Shown here piece by piece: positions 22,751 through 38,214 of a stretch of DNA of 64,000 bases. The position numbers and the translations under genes were made by a program. Origin of the DNA: Antedon mediterranea (taxonomy: Eukaryota; Animalia; Echinodermata); contig NC_092675.1 in the NCBI RefSeq assembly GCF_964355755.1, positions 18,386,912 to 18,450,911 of the forward strand, read 5' to 3'. Within the stretch, counting starts at the first letter, position 1. Every line of letters starts with the position of its first letter. The notes below the pieces were generated by a model. That model was not told the DNA's origin. It searched no databases and was given only the letters and a program-made list of their open reading frames with translations.

Positions 22751-25700
22751 TGAGAAAAGAATAGTTTGAAAAGCAATGAGAACGATGTACTCACTCGTTC
22801 AGTCGTTTTTTTGTAACATCCATTTCTTCGAATGCAAGTTACTAAATGTGTTGCCATTAAAAGGTAAGACTTTTATTATTGGTTATAGTTTTGAATACAC
22901 CATTATGGTTGATTCAAGAATTAATTCGAGAAAGCATGATAAAATCAGTGAGATTATGTGAGATAAACAGTATAGACCTATAGGACCTACGTTTTATATT
23001 ATGTTACGAATTGAAATGTGTTTTTATTCAGTATGCTACTAGTATTATAATACATAATAAGAAAATAAATAAACAGAAGATAGACACTGCCGAAGCGGAC
23101 CTTTCGTATTTATTTGAAGCTATATTTTGTTTGGTAGTCTCCTACCAGCGAATAAACAGGTTAACTAAATAATAATACATATTTGAAATAGAAATCTATC
23201 TATTTATCTATACAATTATATTCTATTATAAAAGAATATTTTTTCTCCATAAGAATAATGTTTAACTTACGGTAACAAATTCAATTACCGTGTTAATTAA
23301 AATGAATTAGAACCATGCAATAGAAAATGTTCTAACTTTTCATTATCGTTTTAACATGTGTGTATACATGTATTATGAGTAAATGTGGGATATACGAGAT
23401 ATATTCGTAATTAACTATTTTAACATATTATTCTGGAGGGAATATACAAAGGTAAGAATATCAACACCTGACGGTTTGCATTAATTCCCAGAACAATTCT
23501 AACCGACTAAACTACAGGACACTCTCCTTATTATTGATTTAGCGTGTAAGTACATCATGGAGAAATAAAAACAATGATTGTAGAATATTCATTTTAGTTG
23601 CTTTTATATGGTAGCTACGGTTTCAACAGACATGTTGCGTATTCGTTATGGTATTTTTATGGCTTGCATAACATTAGTTAAGCCCCAAATATTTTAAAGT
23701 TCACCACGTCAGGAGTTGCCTAGAAGAGTACCCGATAATTAATTTAGGCCTACACATTGACGCGGGTTTATGGTCAAATATAAAAAAGAACATCTGCGAC
23801 ATGAGTTTGCTGTGAGACTTTATGCATTGCAGTCAGATTGAAATAAGAATGTAACCTCATGATAACATTATGAAATATAGTTTATCAAGGAAAAAAAAAA
23901 TCTTATTAGATCACCAGAAAGACTCCAATCCGAATGGATCTTCCAATACAAAATTCCTATCACATGACCACGGTTTAGGCTTCTACTCGAACCTGCAGAA
24001 ACAAACGCCCTCTGAGGTTATGTAAAAAAAAAACCATGATGGGTATCGCAGTTGACATTATAATGTAAATAAAAATTGTAAATATACATAATATTTATAT
24101 TAATCAGTAACCATAGTAATAACCGGGTGATTGACCTGTAGCGCCTGGTATACTGTATTCCACTTCGAAGCTCGTTTCATTAAATCAATCAATATTGGAT
24201 GAAACCATTGCTTAATGGATGAACTAAATTACTGTCGAACGCCTTATGGGATGTACAATTTATGTTTTCATCATTTATTTCTCAAGTAAAGCGTAAATAG
24301 TAACACATAAAATGATACATCACGGGTTTGTCCCAATTCTGAAATATTAATAATAATAAATACCGTCGTAATATATAGATGGTCTGTATATAATTTACAT
24401 CTTACAAATGATTGGTAAATGATAATCATATTTTAATCAATCAATCAATCAAATTTGTATGAATCAATTATTCGTCTTTAACTAATCACATTTTACCATA
24501 GTATGTTAATAATGATAATCGTTTTCTTGGATCGGCTGGATATTTGGAGAATAATATTTGACACGCGCGTTTTGGACGCTTAGTGATCTTTGTTGATAAA
24601 CGATAAATCGACTAACAGTCCATACAATAAACGGAACAATGTTTCTGGTCTCACACCGCACCGATAATGTATCGGACGCGATATATCGGTCGCTACGTAG
24701 ACGTAGTCTTGTGTAAACAAACATTGGCCACAAAATAGACACTATACAAAATTAAATCGAGTCCTTTTATTATTGTTTCAAAAGCATTGCGAACGCTTAG
24801 TGTAAACCGAGGAAACTCCCATCACCCCCTTACATGGCATGGATACTAATTATCTAGAACAACATCAAGGCTTGCATATAAAATAAGTATAAAAAGTAAA
24901 ACAAATTTAACCTTTCTGTATAGCGCCACCAGCGATAAATATAATCAAGAAACTTGTTTATTTGAAACAGATGATAATACAATTTAATTTGTATACAGTA
25001 GACCAGAGCGAATTTTAAGAGGTACGGTTGTCTCGTAATCATACTAACATCACACTAACAAAGTCAATAAATATCAGAAAATAAATAGATTCTGCTGTCA
25101 GAGGATTGAAGTAGACAAACATCCCTGCTGAACGTGCCTGGAAATTATGCATATTATCTAGGCCTATTTGATCAGATACATTGTGAGTGTAACCTATACG
25201 TATACCATTCCCCCACCCTAGCATAAGGGAGGCTAATTCTTGTCTGCAAAGATTGGCTCACACTCTTACCATTTCTGATTAGTCCCAGTTTCTATAGTAA
25301 ACTATCTTTTCAGAAATGAAACATTGTTCCAAATCCGGTTGAAATTAGACCTGTTAAGGAGACGAGGGACACTGAGGGTCGTAAAATTGACATTACTGTT
25401 ATTCTCTAAGGAAACATTTACTCAGTACCAAGATGTCCAGATTGGATATGCTCTAACGCAATGTAATTCTGTGAAAATAAGAAAAACAAGAACCACAAAA
25501 GTCTAATTAGACCTCCTCGATGAAGAGAAATAATAATCACATGCTATTTTTATTTTTATTAGTATACTATAGAAAATATATAAATTAATTATCTCCAAAC
25601 CAGGCTTGATGAATTTTTTATTACTTTAAATCAAAACTTAAAACCCATAAGGAATACTTTATTTTTTTATTTCAATATTATATTCACTCATATATTATAT

Positions 25701-28020
25701 TATATAAAAAAATACACCAGTGTTTTTTTTTTCTGTCACAAATAGAAATAAGCATAAATAACGTTGGATACACGTTCATGACATTTTTAACGAATTGGCA
25801 GGATTTAGTTTTAGATTTTGATCTGATTGATGTAGGCCAATTAATTTAAATGTTAAAATGACTTAGTACTAAATCTATGCCTGCCCCAGGCTGCGATATC
25901 AGAAACATTTAAGCGTAAAATAAAGAAGATTTTTTCAATCTATGTAATTAATAAATAACGGTACCAAATCCACATAACAATAATATAATGGTTTTACGGA
26001 TATTACTCGTCTTTGTTGATGGCTTTGTCTTTTTCATTGGTTTCAGAAATATTTAGCACCGCTATGAGAGAAATAAAATAATATAATATGTCATGTGACA
26101 TGCGACCATATACTAGCCTAAGAGTGTCTTATTTAATTGTTACTCATATCTGAGCAAACACTCTTGTTACTAATTATTTTGACAATTATTCAGAAATAGA
26201 CGTGAATAATTAAGTGTACTTTATCATTTTATCTAACTAATTGCTACAAAGAATATTGGTTAAATTACATTATATATACAGTCATAATTATAACGATAAT
26301 ATAATTTCCATATCGTCGCGTAATAATTGTTCAGTGTTGAGTCAAAGATATACAAGATATACAAAATATAAGTAATTAACCCGAAAACGACTTTATAATA
26401 AAAATAATATTACAACAATGGGCTTGTTATATTTTCTAGGCAGTGAGTCACGTTAATATTTTATTATCTTTGTTATTATCAATTGGTATTAATCATTGTT
26501 TATTAATTAGTGGTAAATCACTCAATACAAATGTGAATGAAGAGAAACGCAGGAAAAACTCTGTAAATAAAAATGACTGAAGTGAGCCCCCTGTCGATTA
26601 AGTTTGCACGAAGGCAAGTACGCTTAGCGCATGCGTACCATGTAGTAGAGCGACTTTCGGCTTTAAACTTATCTTCATCATTTCAATCAAACATTTATTC
26701 TATAATATAATGATTCATATTCATATAAGTACTTTCTCCATCTATAATTATCTTCAGATTCAGTTTTATATAATTTATATTATGTCTAATAAAGGTAATG
26801 CTAGATACTGTGCGGATTAACACTGTATAATTCTTTACAAATAATAATAGGCGTACAAAAGTCGTTTCAGATGTAAATTTTTTTTAATGTTTAAACAAAT
26901 TCTGTTGTTGTAATTAAAATGAAATTAATTAAGACACGCTAAATATGAATTTGGTAAGCAGAAGTTTTTATTTGCACTGTGTATTATGATAATGCACAAC
27001 TAACTCATATCTGATAGAGATGAGTTGCTACTGAAAATGATATTTTAATTTCTCTATTTTGTCGTCTCACAAACTTGTTAAATTACAAAACTACATTTCA
27101 ATACAACTGTATTGTAATTAAAAAGACCGTTAAATACTATTAATCACAAAACGGTTTGCATTTAAATGTAGAAAGGTAGAAATGCATAGTGTGTTACAAG
27201 CTGACGATAATCATGCTTTTAGAGGCCGGCCGGCCTAGACCTATGTATATCTAGTAAAAAAGACGACTGCTTAGAATGTACAATGAAGGAAATAAGATAG
27301 CAAGCTGAAGATATTTAAACCACTGTAGCGTTAGTAACAATATGGTTAAAGTTGTTCGTGTAATTAAATTTATTGATTAAAAGCTTCGACTTGATATGGT
27401 AATCCTCTCAACATATATCAGCTGTAAAAACACAGTGCAAATGCAAATATACTTGATCTATGATCGATCATATTAATATTGATACAAAGCATAATTATAC
27501 GTTGTTCTAACAATCAAAGCATGTGTTACGGATTGGCTGTATAGTGTGATTTTGGTTATATGTTTCAGAAAAACCAATATACATCAACACCATGTAGATT
27601 GATGAAAGTGGGTAAAATATAAATATAGGACACCTTACACAGCATGTGTTGTTGAGACAATCGACGTTGATAAGTGTGTTAACAGTGTGCTCGTGTGAAT
27701 GCTACTTTATTGAGGAGTTGACATGATACGTAGGCAATAAGGTCAAATATAGATATACCAAGGTGACAGTGAAGATAATATAGATCGATTTTCGTACGAA
27801 CACTCATGCTTTTTTTCCTTCATCTTAGATTATTATAGATAGAAGGTGTTATTTGCCTTCTTTCTTTTTAAGCATCATCACTTTGTATCTCATTCCTCTT
27901 CAGCCTATGCTTCTTTATGTAACAATCATTCCATATCCTTCTTATTCACTTTTATCTACTTTTACATTAATATATATATAGCGGTATTTCGAAGAAGGTT
28001 GAGTGTCGAATAGTTAAGGA

Positions 28021-28125
28021 GAGGGGCTGCAAACCCTGTCTGTAAGATCAAATACGCAATGTTGGGTCGCAAAAATTCCCCAAAAAGGATCATGGGGTCG
28101 TGGTCAAAAACGTTGCGGAACGCTG
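28021..28125. mobile_element. Short hAT-like MITE remnant
   Basis: Imperfect TIRs GAGGGGCTGCAAAC / GTTGCGGAACGCTG with internal GGGTCGC/GGGGTCGT motifs typical of Charlie-type MITEs. Confidence 0.4.
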
Positions 28126-28484
28126 AACTAGAGTATAGTTGAAAGCTGATTTGTTTTTTTTTTGGATATCGTATTTGTAACTTTTTTTCTTTATTATTAT
28201 GAGTGACAATAAAGTATTTACACATATTTTTTATCTGTTTTTGGTTCCAACAAGCCATATTGATATGTCGCCCTCTAACAATAGTTATATTGTAGCATAC
28301 TAGGCTACCGGCGTACTATTCCAATCTGAGAACTGAGTTTAGTTACCGAAAGATTGCATACGATTATTTTTTAATAATTATGTGATTTTTATTCTAAAGG
28401 AAGGATTTGGAATGCCGGTAATCTAAGTTTGGTGAGTTTGGTGTATTTTTGTATAACTGTATTTTAATTGTTTTTGAAAGTTAT

Positions 28485-28570
28485 GTACTGGGCCCTCTGG
28501 ATTGAGAACCATAATATATTGTACTGAATGGTCACCCAGTATAAATATAAAAAATAAATAAATAAATACA
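28485..28570 (+). mobile_element. Retroposon 3' tail related to the tail of the SINE at 57683
   Basis: ACTGGGCCCTCTGG...GGTCACCCAGTATAAATATAAA + (AAAT)n, versus ACTGGGCCCTCTGG...GGTTACCCAGTATAAATATAAA at 57925-57981. Confidence 0.6.
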
Positions 28571-29510
28571 TTTATGATTATTATATTCATTTATCAACTC
28601 TATATATGTATTATAAATATTGATTATTCAAATTTGTTTTGTTATCTTATAGATAGAATATTAATTAATAGTTGCGCTACTGAGATCCAATACAAAATGA
28701 TTCATATTTCTCTTTCATCACCGTTCAAATATCATTATTTGATCGTAGCCTAACCACATAACACGTATCGTATCATCAGTATTAATTTTGGGTTCTATAT
28801 AATTTACTTTTCCGACTCGTGTTTCAAGTGAAATAGATATATGTAATGTATCGCATGTCGCATTTAGTAATGCTCATACCTCTTTGACGTGTGTGTGATT
28901 AGGTTTTCATGATAGTTTTGTGAAGTTATATATCAGTCATCGCGAATTATCTTTTTACCATCAACGTAAGGTTGCTAGGCCTACTTGAAATCTAACAATG
29001 GGATACAAAATCGACTATATTCGTTAATCACTCACGGCTAGACGTGGATTTTATTTTGCAATCTATTAAGGTAAGTATGGTAATCGATAATCATGTATTT
29101 ATTAGTATTAATAATACGAACAAATTGGAAAAGAAATGGTAAGCTGTGACGTTTGCCAATATAGTTCAAAGTTCAAGGAAAACAATCCGAATATTATCGT
29201 AGTATCGTATTGAAAAGTTTATACCAATCCTTTATTATTATTATTATAATTATCACCATACAATTGTTAAACATGTACTTTCAGGAGAAAGACATAGGGT
29301 TAGGTTCAGGAGAATATACACACTTACCACCAAAAGAATTTCGTGTGTTTTTTTCTTAATAAATATTAGATAGAATAATTGAGTAATTTCATTCATTCTT
29401 AAAAAAATGCATGGTGGTTGATATAGTGTGTTTTAATATTACTGTAAAATTAAACATAATAATTCAAAGTAATTTTTATAACATAAGTAATTGTGTTTGC
29501 TGTTTCCTTA

Positions 29511-29763
29511 TTACGGTAAACTTCATTAAACGTAAACAATTTACGGTGTTTGAAACAGTATGGTTTAATATTACGGTAAACTTCATTCAACGTAAACAAT
29601 TTACGGTGTTTGATACAGTATGGTTTAATATTACGGTAAACTTCATTCAACGTAAACAATTTACGGTGTTTGATACAGTATGGTTTAATATTACGGTAAA
29701 CTTCATTCGACGTAAACAATTTACGGTGTTTGATACAGTATGGTTTAATATTACGGTAAACTT
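29511..29763. repeat. 60-bp minisatellite, ~4.2 near-identical copies with degenerate flanking units
   Basis: Unit TTACGGTAAACTTCATTCAACGTAAACAATTTACGGTGTTTGATACAGTATGGTTTAATA at 29511, 29571, 29631, 29691 and 29751 (partial). Confidence 0.95.
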
Positions 29764-32630
29764 TGTTTGATACAGGATGTGTTCATTATTATTACAGTGG
29801 AATTCAACGTAAAAGGTCAACGTAATTTTCAACGTAAATAATGCATAGTGTTTGATACAGTATTGTTCATTATTATTACGATGGACTTTAACGTAATCAC
29901 CTTGGTGAATTTCAAAGTAATCTTTTATACCTTTTTTAAATTACCTACACCTTATTCATAAGAAACGTGTACATATGTATCATCCTATACACTGGAAAGG
30001 TATATAAGCATTAAGAGGAATTTTAAAGGATTCCAATGATATAAGCAACCGATATACGTGAACCAAATAACGATATGTCATTTAAAAGGTCATCCTTGGT
30101 GTATGTTTCTAAAAAGATTTGTTCCTCAATTCATTTATATCGACTTTTAAAAAAATACCCGAGTAGTTTCTCTGTATGTATCTTTGAAACATGTATTGCA
30201 TACAAGTATACACGAAGCAGTAAGCTTTTGTCGATGTTCTTCTTTTGATTCTTTTTATTAAATACAATTTTGACTATTGTACATACTTTTACTTGGCTAA
30301 AAATAACAGTTGATTTTGTTTTACTTTTCTGTCTGCACTTTTATTTATTTCTTTATATCGATTTAAAATTATCAAAGCCTGTCGTAGCTATGATCTATAC
30401 AATAAGAAAGAAACCTAAAATTTAAAACCAACAAAACTAACGAACAAAAGGCGATAAAAAGATTAGATTCAATGATCAATTATGGAAAAACATTAATTGC
30501 TCTCTCAAACTGGACGAAATTCTATTTGAAAATAGACCAGCTAATTAAACAATCATTTAGAAATCTCCTATTTTGATAATGTAATGTGTTTCACTCATGG
30601 GAGGGCGCCAATGTTGAATTTAAGATTTCATTTTTCCAGTACTTAACGTTGGAACATAACACAGACGTAGACATACAAAGTGTGTCTCAACAAATCGGTA
30701 CGTTTGTCTACATCTGTTAGAACATTAGTCTTTTTGTCAACACTAATGCATTATATTTTTGCTAATTTTACTTTTTGGTTAACAAACGTCGTTTTGTCGA
30801 CATGATATGAATTTTAATGACAAATGCTGCATATATGTGTTGAGAAACGCCACTGTTTCCTTCATTTAAACAACTTATAGTACTTGTTTTAAGTTGTTGA
30901 ATGAAAGCCTAAAGGAAATTAACTTAATCGTCAATACACAAATGATTTTGTTAGAGATATCTTAAATATCATATGGTTTTTGCGCCACTTCTTTAGCCTG
31001 CTATTTGTTATGTTTCATGACAAAATTCCATCTAATTTTTGTTTTCAAACTTCTACAATTTTTAATCGACCTACATAAATGAACTGACCACCATACCCAT
31101 TATTATATATAGTTTGATAACCGTAATAAAGCAACTCCTGTTGCCATGACCACGTGGGACGTGGGGGCGAAGGTTGCAGACATGAAACTGGGGTTGTATA
31201 TTGTCGCTAGAGACGATACCTATGTGTGTCGGTTGTGAATTTACAGTAAAATAAGTTTGCAATTTGTTTGCATTTTTCATAAGTAACTTATGTGATCTTA
31301 CTGTGCTAGGTTATCGGTAGGTTATTTGTTTGTGAAAACGTGAACCTTGCCAGTTATTATCAATCCAATTTTAATGCCTAAAGGCCAACTTAATTGTTGT
31401 TGCTTTTACTTTGTAATAAAAATGAATTTCTATGATCAGTCTTCAACGTATTTACTTGAAGGAAAATACATGCATAGATAAATATGTTTATTTACATCAG
31501 TTTTTGGAATTCGGCAGTAACTTGTATCATGTTTTTCCTTGATCTGCATGTAGATACATACAAAATGGTTAGCTTATGTAACCCGTATCTTAAGGCAAAT
31601 CTATCCAATTTATCACATACCTCACCAAACAAAATTACATATATGTATGGTAATCTCATTCAGCGTTTTAATAGCCTATTACATTTGTTTTTGCGGAAAT
31701 ATATTGACATTTTTAGAAATAAAATTAGGACTAGCATTGCCAATAGCAAAGCCTGATGTACTATACCAGAAATTTGGAAATATTTTGAAATTAAAACCTA
31801 TTTCATTCATCTTGTACTGGCCTAATTCAAGATATAATTTAAACCAACGATAAGTTGTTCACCTATAACAATTTCATTCGGAAATGACAGTAGAGAGTAA
31901 TTAGCCTATAGAGTACTGAAACCAGGGAAGCTGAAGCTAGAAAATTCATTTCATTTTTTCCAACTTCAATAGCAGTAATTGACGTTACTTTTCTCAGGTC
32001 AAAGACGTCTCAGACCGGTTGTGCAATATAAATATTAGGTTTCATTATCAGAACATAGCGGGATTGATACCCATTGGTACAGTATGGCGAAAAAATATAA
32101 CTTGAAAGGAAAGGGTTGATAAGTAAATTGTAATTTGAATTCAACATGGCTGAAAACTGTAACAAATTATATTATGTTGTCAAAATGATAAGTCTTCAGT
32201 AGATATCAACACAATACAGTACTACTCCTTTTGGACAACCTATTAAAAGGACACCCCTAATGGTATACTTTCCTGTGAAACGAACCAGTGGCAATATACT
32301 TAATACGCCAACTTCTATTCAGGGGACATCGCAAATATGTCACTTCAGGGTTCTGCCGTATACAAAAGATCCTCTCTCACTTACTGCAGTAACTTCTAAC
32401 ATGGACAAATATAAATTATCAAACAAATTATATTTCGTTCAGGTGTTTTTTCTATGAAGGAAATAACTCTCATCTTTTAAATACAAATATGTTATATTTA
32501 GAACAGCGTTGAGTGGCTGTAAAAAGTAGTAAGTTGACCGCTTAGAAGCACCGTACATGACAAAATGACTTCCAAGTTGAATTAATAGAATCATAACGTG
32601 TTGCATGTCTAGACTTAACTTTATGATGTA

Positions 32631-32676
32631 GAAAACTTGATGTTGAAAACTTGATGTTGAAAACTTGATGTTGAAA
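32631..32676. repeat. 14-bp tandem repeat x3
   Basis: (GAAAACTTGATGTT)x3. Confidence 0.85.
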
Positions 32677-33899
32677 CAATGAATGTCTATACTCTATTAC
32701 GCTTCTGAAGTTATCAGATAATTGTAAAAACAAAAACAAAATCCTCTGCAATGAAAGCTTTTATTAACTTATTGAAATTAAAATGTAACCTTGGAGATTA
32801 ATATACGACAGTACTGATTGTAAGCTTATCACTTCACGTATGGATAAGTGTATTAACCTTAGAGCCTAAAATTATTGTGTGCCCATATATGCATCACAGT
32901 AATGGGTGGGATATAATCATTAGTAAGTACCCCTTTTACGTCACTAAGTGTCTCATATGATCATTGCGAATTTTGATTAATTTTTACAAATCATTACAAC
33001 CAGAACTGTATTATTACTTTAGGTTACAATTAACCTATCTTATGTTCAAACATGGTATCTAAACCAAGACTAGAAATTTGACACTACCTAAATTATCATG
33101 TGATATGTATTACTAGTATAAACGATCGATAATTAGGGCTATGCAAAATAAAACAAGATGCTGAAGACGGTTTCCTAATTGAAGCATGGGTTAACGGAGC
33201 AAGGAATTAAAGATTTTATATTGTTTATAAAAAGAAAAAAGTGCTGATCCATTCCGTAACGAAACAAGCGTAACCGAATCTACATGCACCTGGGACCAAA
33301 TACATGAGTACATCACGTGTCCACGCATTTTTGTTTGTTAATGCAAATCGAAAAGCATTCTTGTATGTAGTATAAGGTGTTAATAGTTTACTATGAACAT
33401 ACACAAACCATTGTATTGATTAGTTAGTGAATCGTACACGAATCCCCTATCGGAATCTATTTTCACATCGTGTATGATATCGAACGCTAATGACATGTCG
33501 TATAGAATATCTCACAGTGTTCTACTCTAATCAGATTTCCAGCAAATTTTTACACGAACTCATCGGTCGAATTTATATTTGTCAAAGCGATGCTTATTTT
33601 ACTTATTGCAAACACACTGTTTGTCCTTATAATGGTTTGATGTTTGCTGTTAAATCCTATTTTACTCAATTCAAAGCATGATTGTTTGGGACAGAAAGTT
33701 AACGTAGTTATAGCTGAAGCATTATGAAGACTACTAATATTGCAATTTTAACAACAAAAAAGAGAAAAAAAGAAAAGAACCACTAAATTTCTATTTCATA
33801 AGATACTCTAGTTGAATGAGATTTCTTTAATTTCTAAAATCATTGGTCAGATGTTTGCACATGCGTGTACATTGAAAATACTAACTACTTCGCAAGTAA

Positions 33900-33940
33900 T
33901 TCTCGGGTGGGACTCGAACCGACGACCTCCCGATCTAGAT
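33900..33940 (-). pseudogene. tRNA 3'-half fragment (probable SINE head remnant)
   Basis: Minus strand TCTAGATCGGGAGGTCGTCGGTTCGAGTCCCACCCGAGA contains a B-box/T-arm; there is no A box or complete cloverleaf. Confidence 0.5.
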
Positions 33941-34644
33941 ATGACCAATTACTCAACATTATGACGCAAAATTTGTTAGTTGTGGAGACGAATTAGCGCA
34001 GTGCGATGACTGCTCGACAAACAGGGACCATTTGGAGAGATTAACGTTGTTGCGTTTGGCCACCTGTGCGCATGACTGCAAGACAGACAAATGTCCCTAT
34101 ATATAAAATTGTCAAATAGTATGAGAACTACAAGTTAATTTATTAGAAGTGCCAAAAATCAGGTATTTTTGTAAACGAACCATCGCAATTAAACCATGTT
34201 TTTTATGTGCTATTGTAAATTAAAGACTTCATCACACTATTATACTTGTATCAAAATTATAAGCAAACATTATGCAGATAAATGCACTAATTTATGCATG
34301 AGATTATCAACCATCTATATTCATGCTGGTGGACTAGATAAGCGCTTTTCAATACACGATGAGGTTAGCTTAGGTTAGCTGGCAGTAGCTTAACCAGAGC
34401 TCATCTGTCTGTAACTGTGTGAACCGGCTATTTGCCTTGCTGCTATAGATAGTAAATTATTTTCACATTTACATTAATTTTATAGTGACTTCTTAATTAG
34501 ATTAAAGTAATACTTGATGTATTCATGTTGAAATGACATGTTTCCACCATGATGTGATCTGAAAGATATAATCGATAGAAAAACTGTAATGTATAGTTTC
34601 TGAAGAACATAAGCACAACGTGTGTTAGACTACCAGGTCCAGCA

Positions 34645-34735
34645 ACTGTCACTAGATACATCTTAACTGACTATCGCTAGTCAGTTATATACAAATCTAG
34701 TTGTATATTTTTAAGTAGATGTATCTCTGTCAAGT
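34645..34735. repeat. Hairpin-forming dispersed repeat (MITE-like); second copy at ~40068-40155
   Basis: CTGTCACTAGATA...TGACTATCGC.AGTCA...TCTAG is shared by both copies. Confidence 0.55.
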
Positions 34736-36216
34736 GGCTCTATACGTATAACCGGGTAGTTAGGCTCTCCCTGTTTCAAACAGGAAGACTAACAACATAT
34801 ATGTGATAACGCATGCATTTTACACAATGTTACAAAATGCATGGGTTCTGGTGAGTAACGAGGGGTTGGAGGAGGGGGATTTGGGGGGGGGGGGGGTGGT
34901 ATCCAAAGAAATTAGAGATCAGGCCTATAATATATTGATATAATCAAATCGTATCAAACGGAATACAAATTTGGTCAACATCCACAATCATCTACAATAT
35001 ATTCTGAGGATTTTATATCAATCATATTACTTGTCATATTTTTGTTTGAATAAAATTAATTACTTTATCAATATGCATGTTAAGTTATAAATAACGAGTT
35101 ATTGAATATAAAAAGTAGTGTAATTACCATTAATACAAACAACAAATGTAAATAGTCATAATTGCATAGAATTATACAATAATTTATTAATGTTTTACAT
35201 CAAATGGTTAATTTATATAATTTAAATTCACTTTGCAACGTTTATCTTTATTTTATTCAATATGTATTACGGTAATTAATAGAATATGTAAAAAAATAAA
35301 AAAATGATTATTATTGATAAAAGATTATTTAATTCGATTCTGTCTCTATGTCACCAGAAAGGTAAAATGAAATGCGCATATCGGATTACTGTGTATTGAC
35401 CAACAAGTAAACTGTTTTAAATTGTTTCTTTCTTGTGACACATTGTTCGGTTTTATAGATTTATTTTAGTTGTGTATCAATCACGTAACAAAGTTGACAC
35501 GCGTACAAACATGTATCATCATTCAACAACATTTTAACGCGCGCATCATGTGTGTCTGTGACATGATGCCACTATATTGCGGGCAACACGCCGACACGCA
35601 TACGGAGGATACATGCGCATGCTCAGACAAAAAGAATTATTCAATCATTATTGTTGACCTTTTTAACCTTTTAATTTATGTAGTAAACTGCAATAAATAT
35701 TTTTCGATTAATAAGAATTTTCTTATTTTAATTGTTTTATTTTACAGTTATTAACCCTTCGGGCACGATTTTGAATATTATAACTAATATGACAAGCAAT
35801 TTAATACCAATAAACTTGACTTGTCGTTTGATTATATTTAAGTGCAATTTAATATCATACATAATTCAAAAGTCATTAGTCACTTTATTTCTATACTTAA
35901 CAAATAATTAATGCATGTGAATTGTTTATTGATTACCGTCTATCAAGAAAGGCACCTTCATTTAAAACGCACTGTTTTTCTTAACAGTTTCAGAAATTCA
36001 GTAATTAATATAAGGCTGTTTTCTGAATTGTCCTGTTCAAACAAGAGACTAGCAGCAGTTGTGATGGTAAATCGGCCTAACTAGCATTGCTCAGGAAAAT
36101 GTTGCTCCTTTTGTGAAAAAAAAGAAGCTTATATTCAGTTTAAAATGAACCTACAAAGCAAGTACAAACATTACTGGGAATTTCGGTTTTGAAGGTATTA
36201 TGATCGATTGGTATGA

Positions 36217-36330
36217 TAATTCCGATAACGTTTGGGCTGACGGTAAGACCGAGCTATTCAGACCATGCGTGAATTCCGATAACGTTTGGCCTGACGGTAA
36301 GACCGAGCTATTCAGACCATGCGTGAATTC
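36217..36330. repeat. 55-bp tandem duplication
   Basis: AATTCCGATAACGTTTGG(G/C)CTGACGGTAAGACCGAGCTATTCAGACCATGCGTG x2; a degenerate third copy lies near 36490-36530. Confidence 0.9.
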
Positions 36331-38214
36331 ATCGCATATATTGAGATCATGTTTGTAAATTTAAATGTAAATGGGGGAATAACCTGCGACCTGCAGCCTA
36401 CTGGGCTGAATTGCGGACATGTGTGGACAACACAGTAGCCTACCACAACTTTCTACTCCCTTCGTGTCGCGTGCTGCCACAAATGTGAGACTGACGGTAA
36501 TACAGTACGCAGAGCTATTGAGACCATGTCTGCGGTTATGGAGGCTCCTATATATAATGCACTTATAATATTAATATTAGAATCCTATCATTTCATAGAA
36601 ATACGTTACAATATTCCATTTAGCGACGATATGTTATAATGAAATAAAAAAAAAACGCTATGAATAATTACCTTTGAAAGCGCTCGAGGAACTCAACATT
36701 TTGATGAAAATGCAATTTCATATTTTGCTTCAAACTTGTCATGTTGAATATAAATCAATTTCACCCATCAATATAAATGCATTGATCGACGGCAACCAAT
36801 ACTTACTTCTAAAAGATACATTACTAGAGGTACAAGTTGGTATGGATAAAAGCACACCAATAAATAAATTCTAATGGTGCCTGTAAGATTGGAGGTACTA
36901 ACAGCAGGCTTCTTTAGCAGCGATTCTTTATATAATATATTATTTGTTCAGGTCCATCATAATTAGACAAATTATGAAATACAGTTTCACGTTTGAGGCC
37001 TGTATAATGGTCATAACCCTACTCACAAGCGCCGCATGTTATGTGACGCTGTATTATAGAATGTGCATATGTCACTATATATTATAATGTGGAGAAACAA
37101 CCGGGTAGAAAACGTATAGTCCTTGGGAACAAAATTGTCCTCAAAATATACATAATGATATTTATTGTAGAATTGTTAAAAATAATAAACGATTTATATA
37201 TTATTCATAGTTTTTTTAGCCTGTATTTTAATTCTGTGTGAGTATTGTTGTTGTCGAAGGCCACAGTTTTCCAACCAAGTAGTTCTTTCATAATATCATA
37301 ATTCATAATTTGTAATGAAGAATTGATAATCCTAAATCACGAATACAATAATTAAAACTCAATAATCAGTTATTAGTATGCACCATACTCTTACTAATTG
37401 ATTACGGCAAAGTCGTAAAACACGAACTTAGGTGAACAGAGTTCTCTAACCAATTATTTACCCTCATTTCGCCTGTATGGCCAACAATAGGAAATATTGG
37501 TCCCTATTAAATTAGGTCTCCCTTATGGTATTTTCACAATTCATAACAATTTCATCAACTAGTAAACATAAGGATGGGTAACACGTAGAACTGATATTGA
37601 ATAAAATTCAAAAGTTTAATACATTCCAACAAGACATGGATTTAGTAATAGTTATATACAAAATCTAAAAATGTCCACCAAAGCCAGGAAAGATAAATGT
37701 AACTCCTTTCTGATATTCATGAATCCTAAAATTCTATCATATGTCATGATTTGAAAAACCTTTCACAATTGCGACATTATATTCTATAGATTCACCTAAA
37801 GTGTATCTATTTATGTATCACTCACACAAGAAAGTGTCTCTGAGATGACACGACTTAAATGTGATTCCAAATTTCCATTGAGTTGAGTGTTAAAAATTAA
37901 GGACATTGAAGTACGGTTATAAACCTAGGCTTTAACGAGGTAGGTATCTGTGGCTGTTGTTTAAACATTCATAACATAATTAATTACAGTACTTGCATGC
38001 AAAAGAACATTGGTGATCTTTGCGAAAATATAAGAATCATAAATCACAATCAGATTAGTACCAGTAATTAGTATCAGCAAATCCAGTTGTCTACATTCGA
38101 CGTTAAAACGAAAGTAAGGTTTTCAACTTGTATTGACGGGCAATAAACGTGCATTACAAGTTGTTTTGAGAGAAAAAACTTTATTGACATTTACATTGAC
38201 ACAAAAGGAAACGG

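Noticed and set aside
29411-29832. Repetitive ORFs and a CRISPR-like look of the 60-bp array
   Set aside because: Units are contiguous with no unique spacers, the context is eukaryotic and no cas genes are present; the ORFs arise from the repeat.
33900-33940. tRNA gene
   Set aside because: Only the T-arm/B-box half is present; there is no D-arm or acceptor stem partner.
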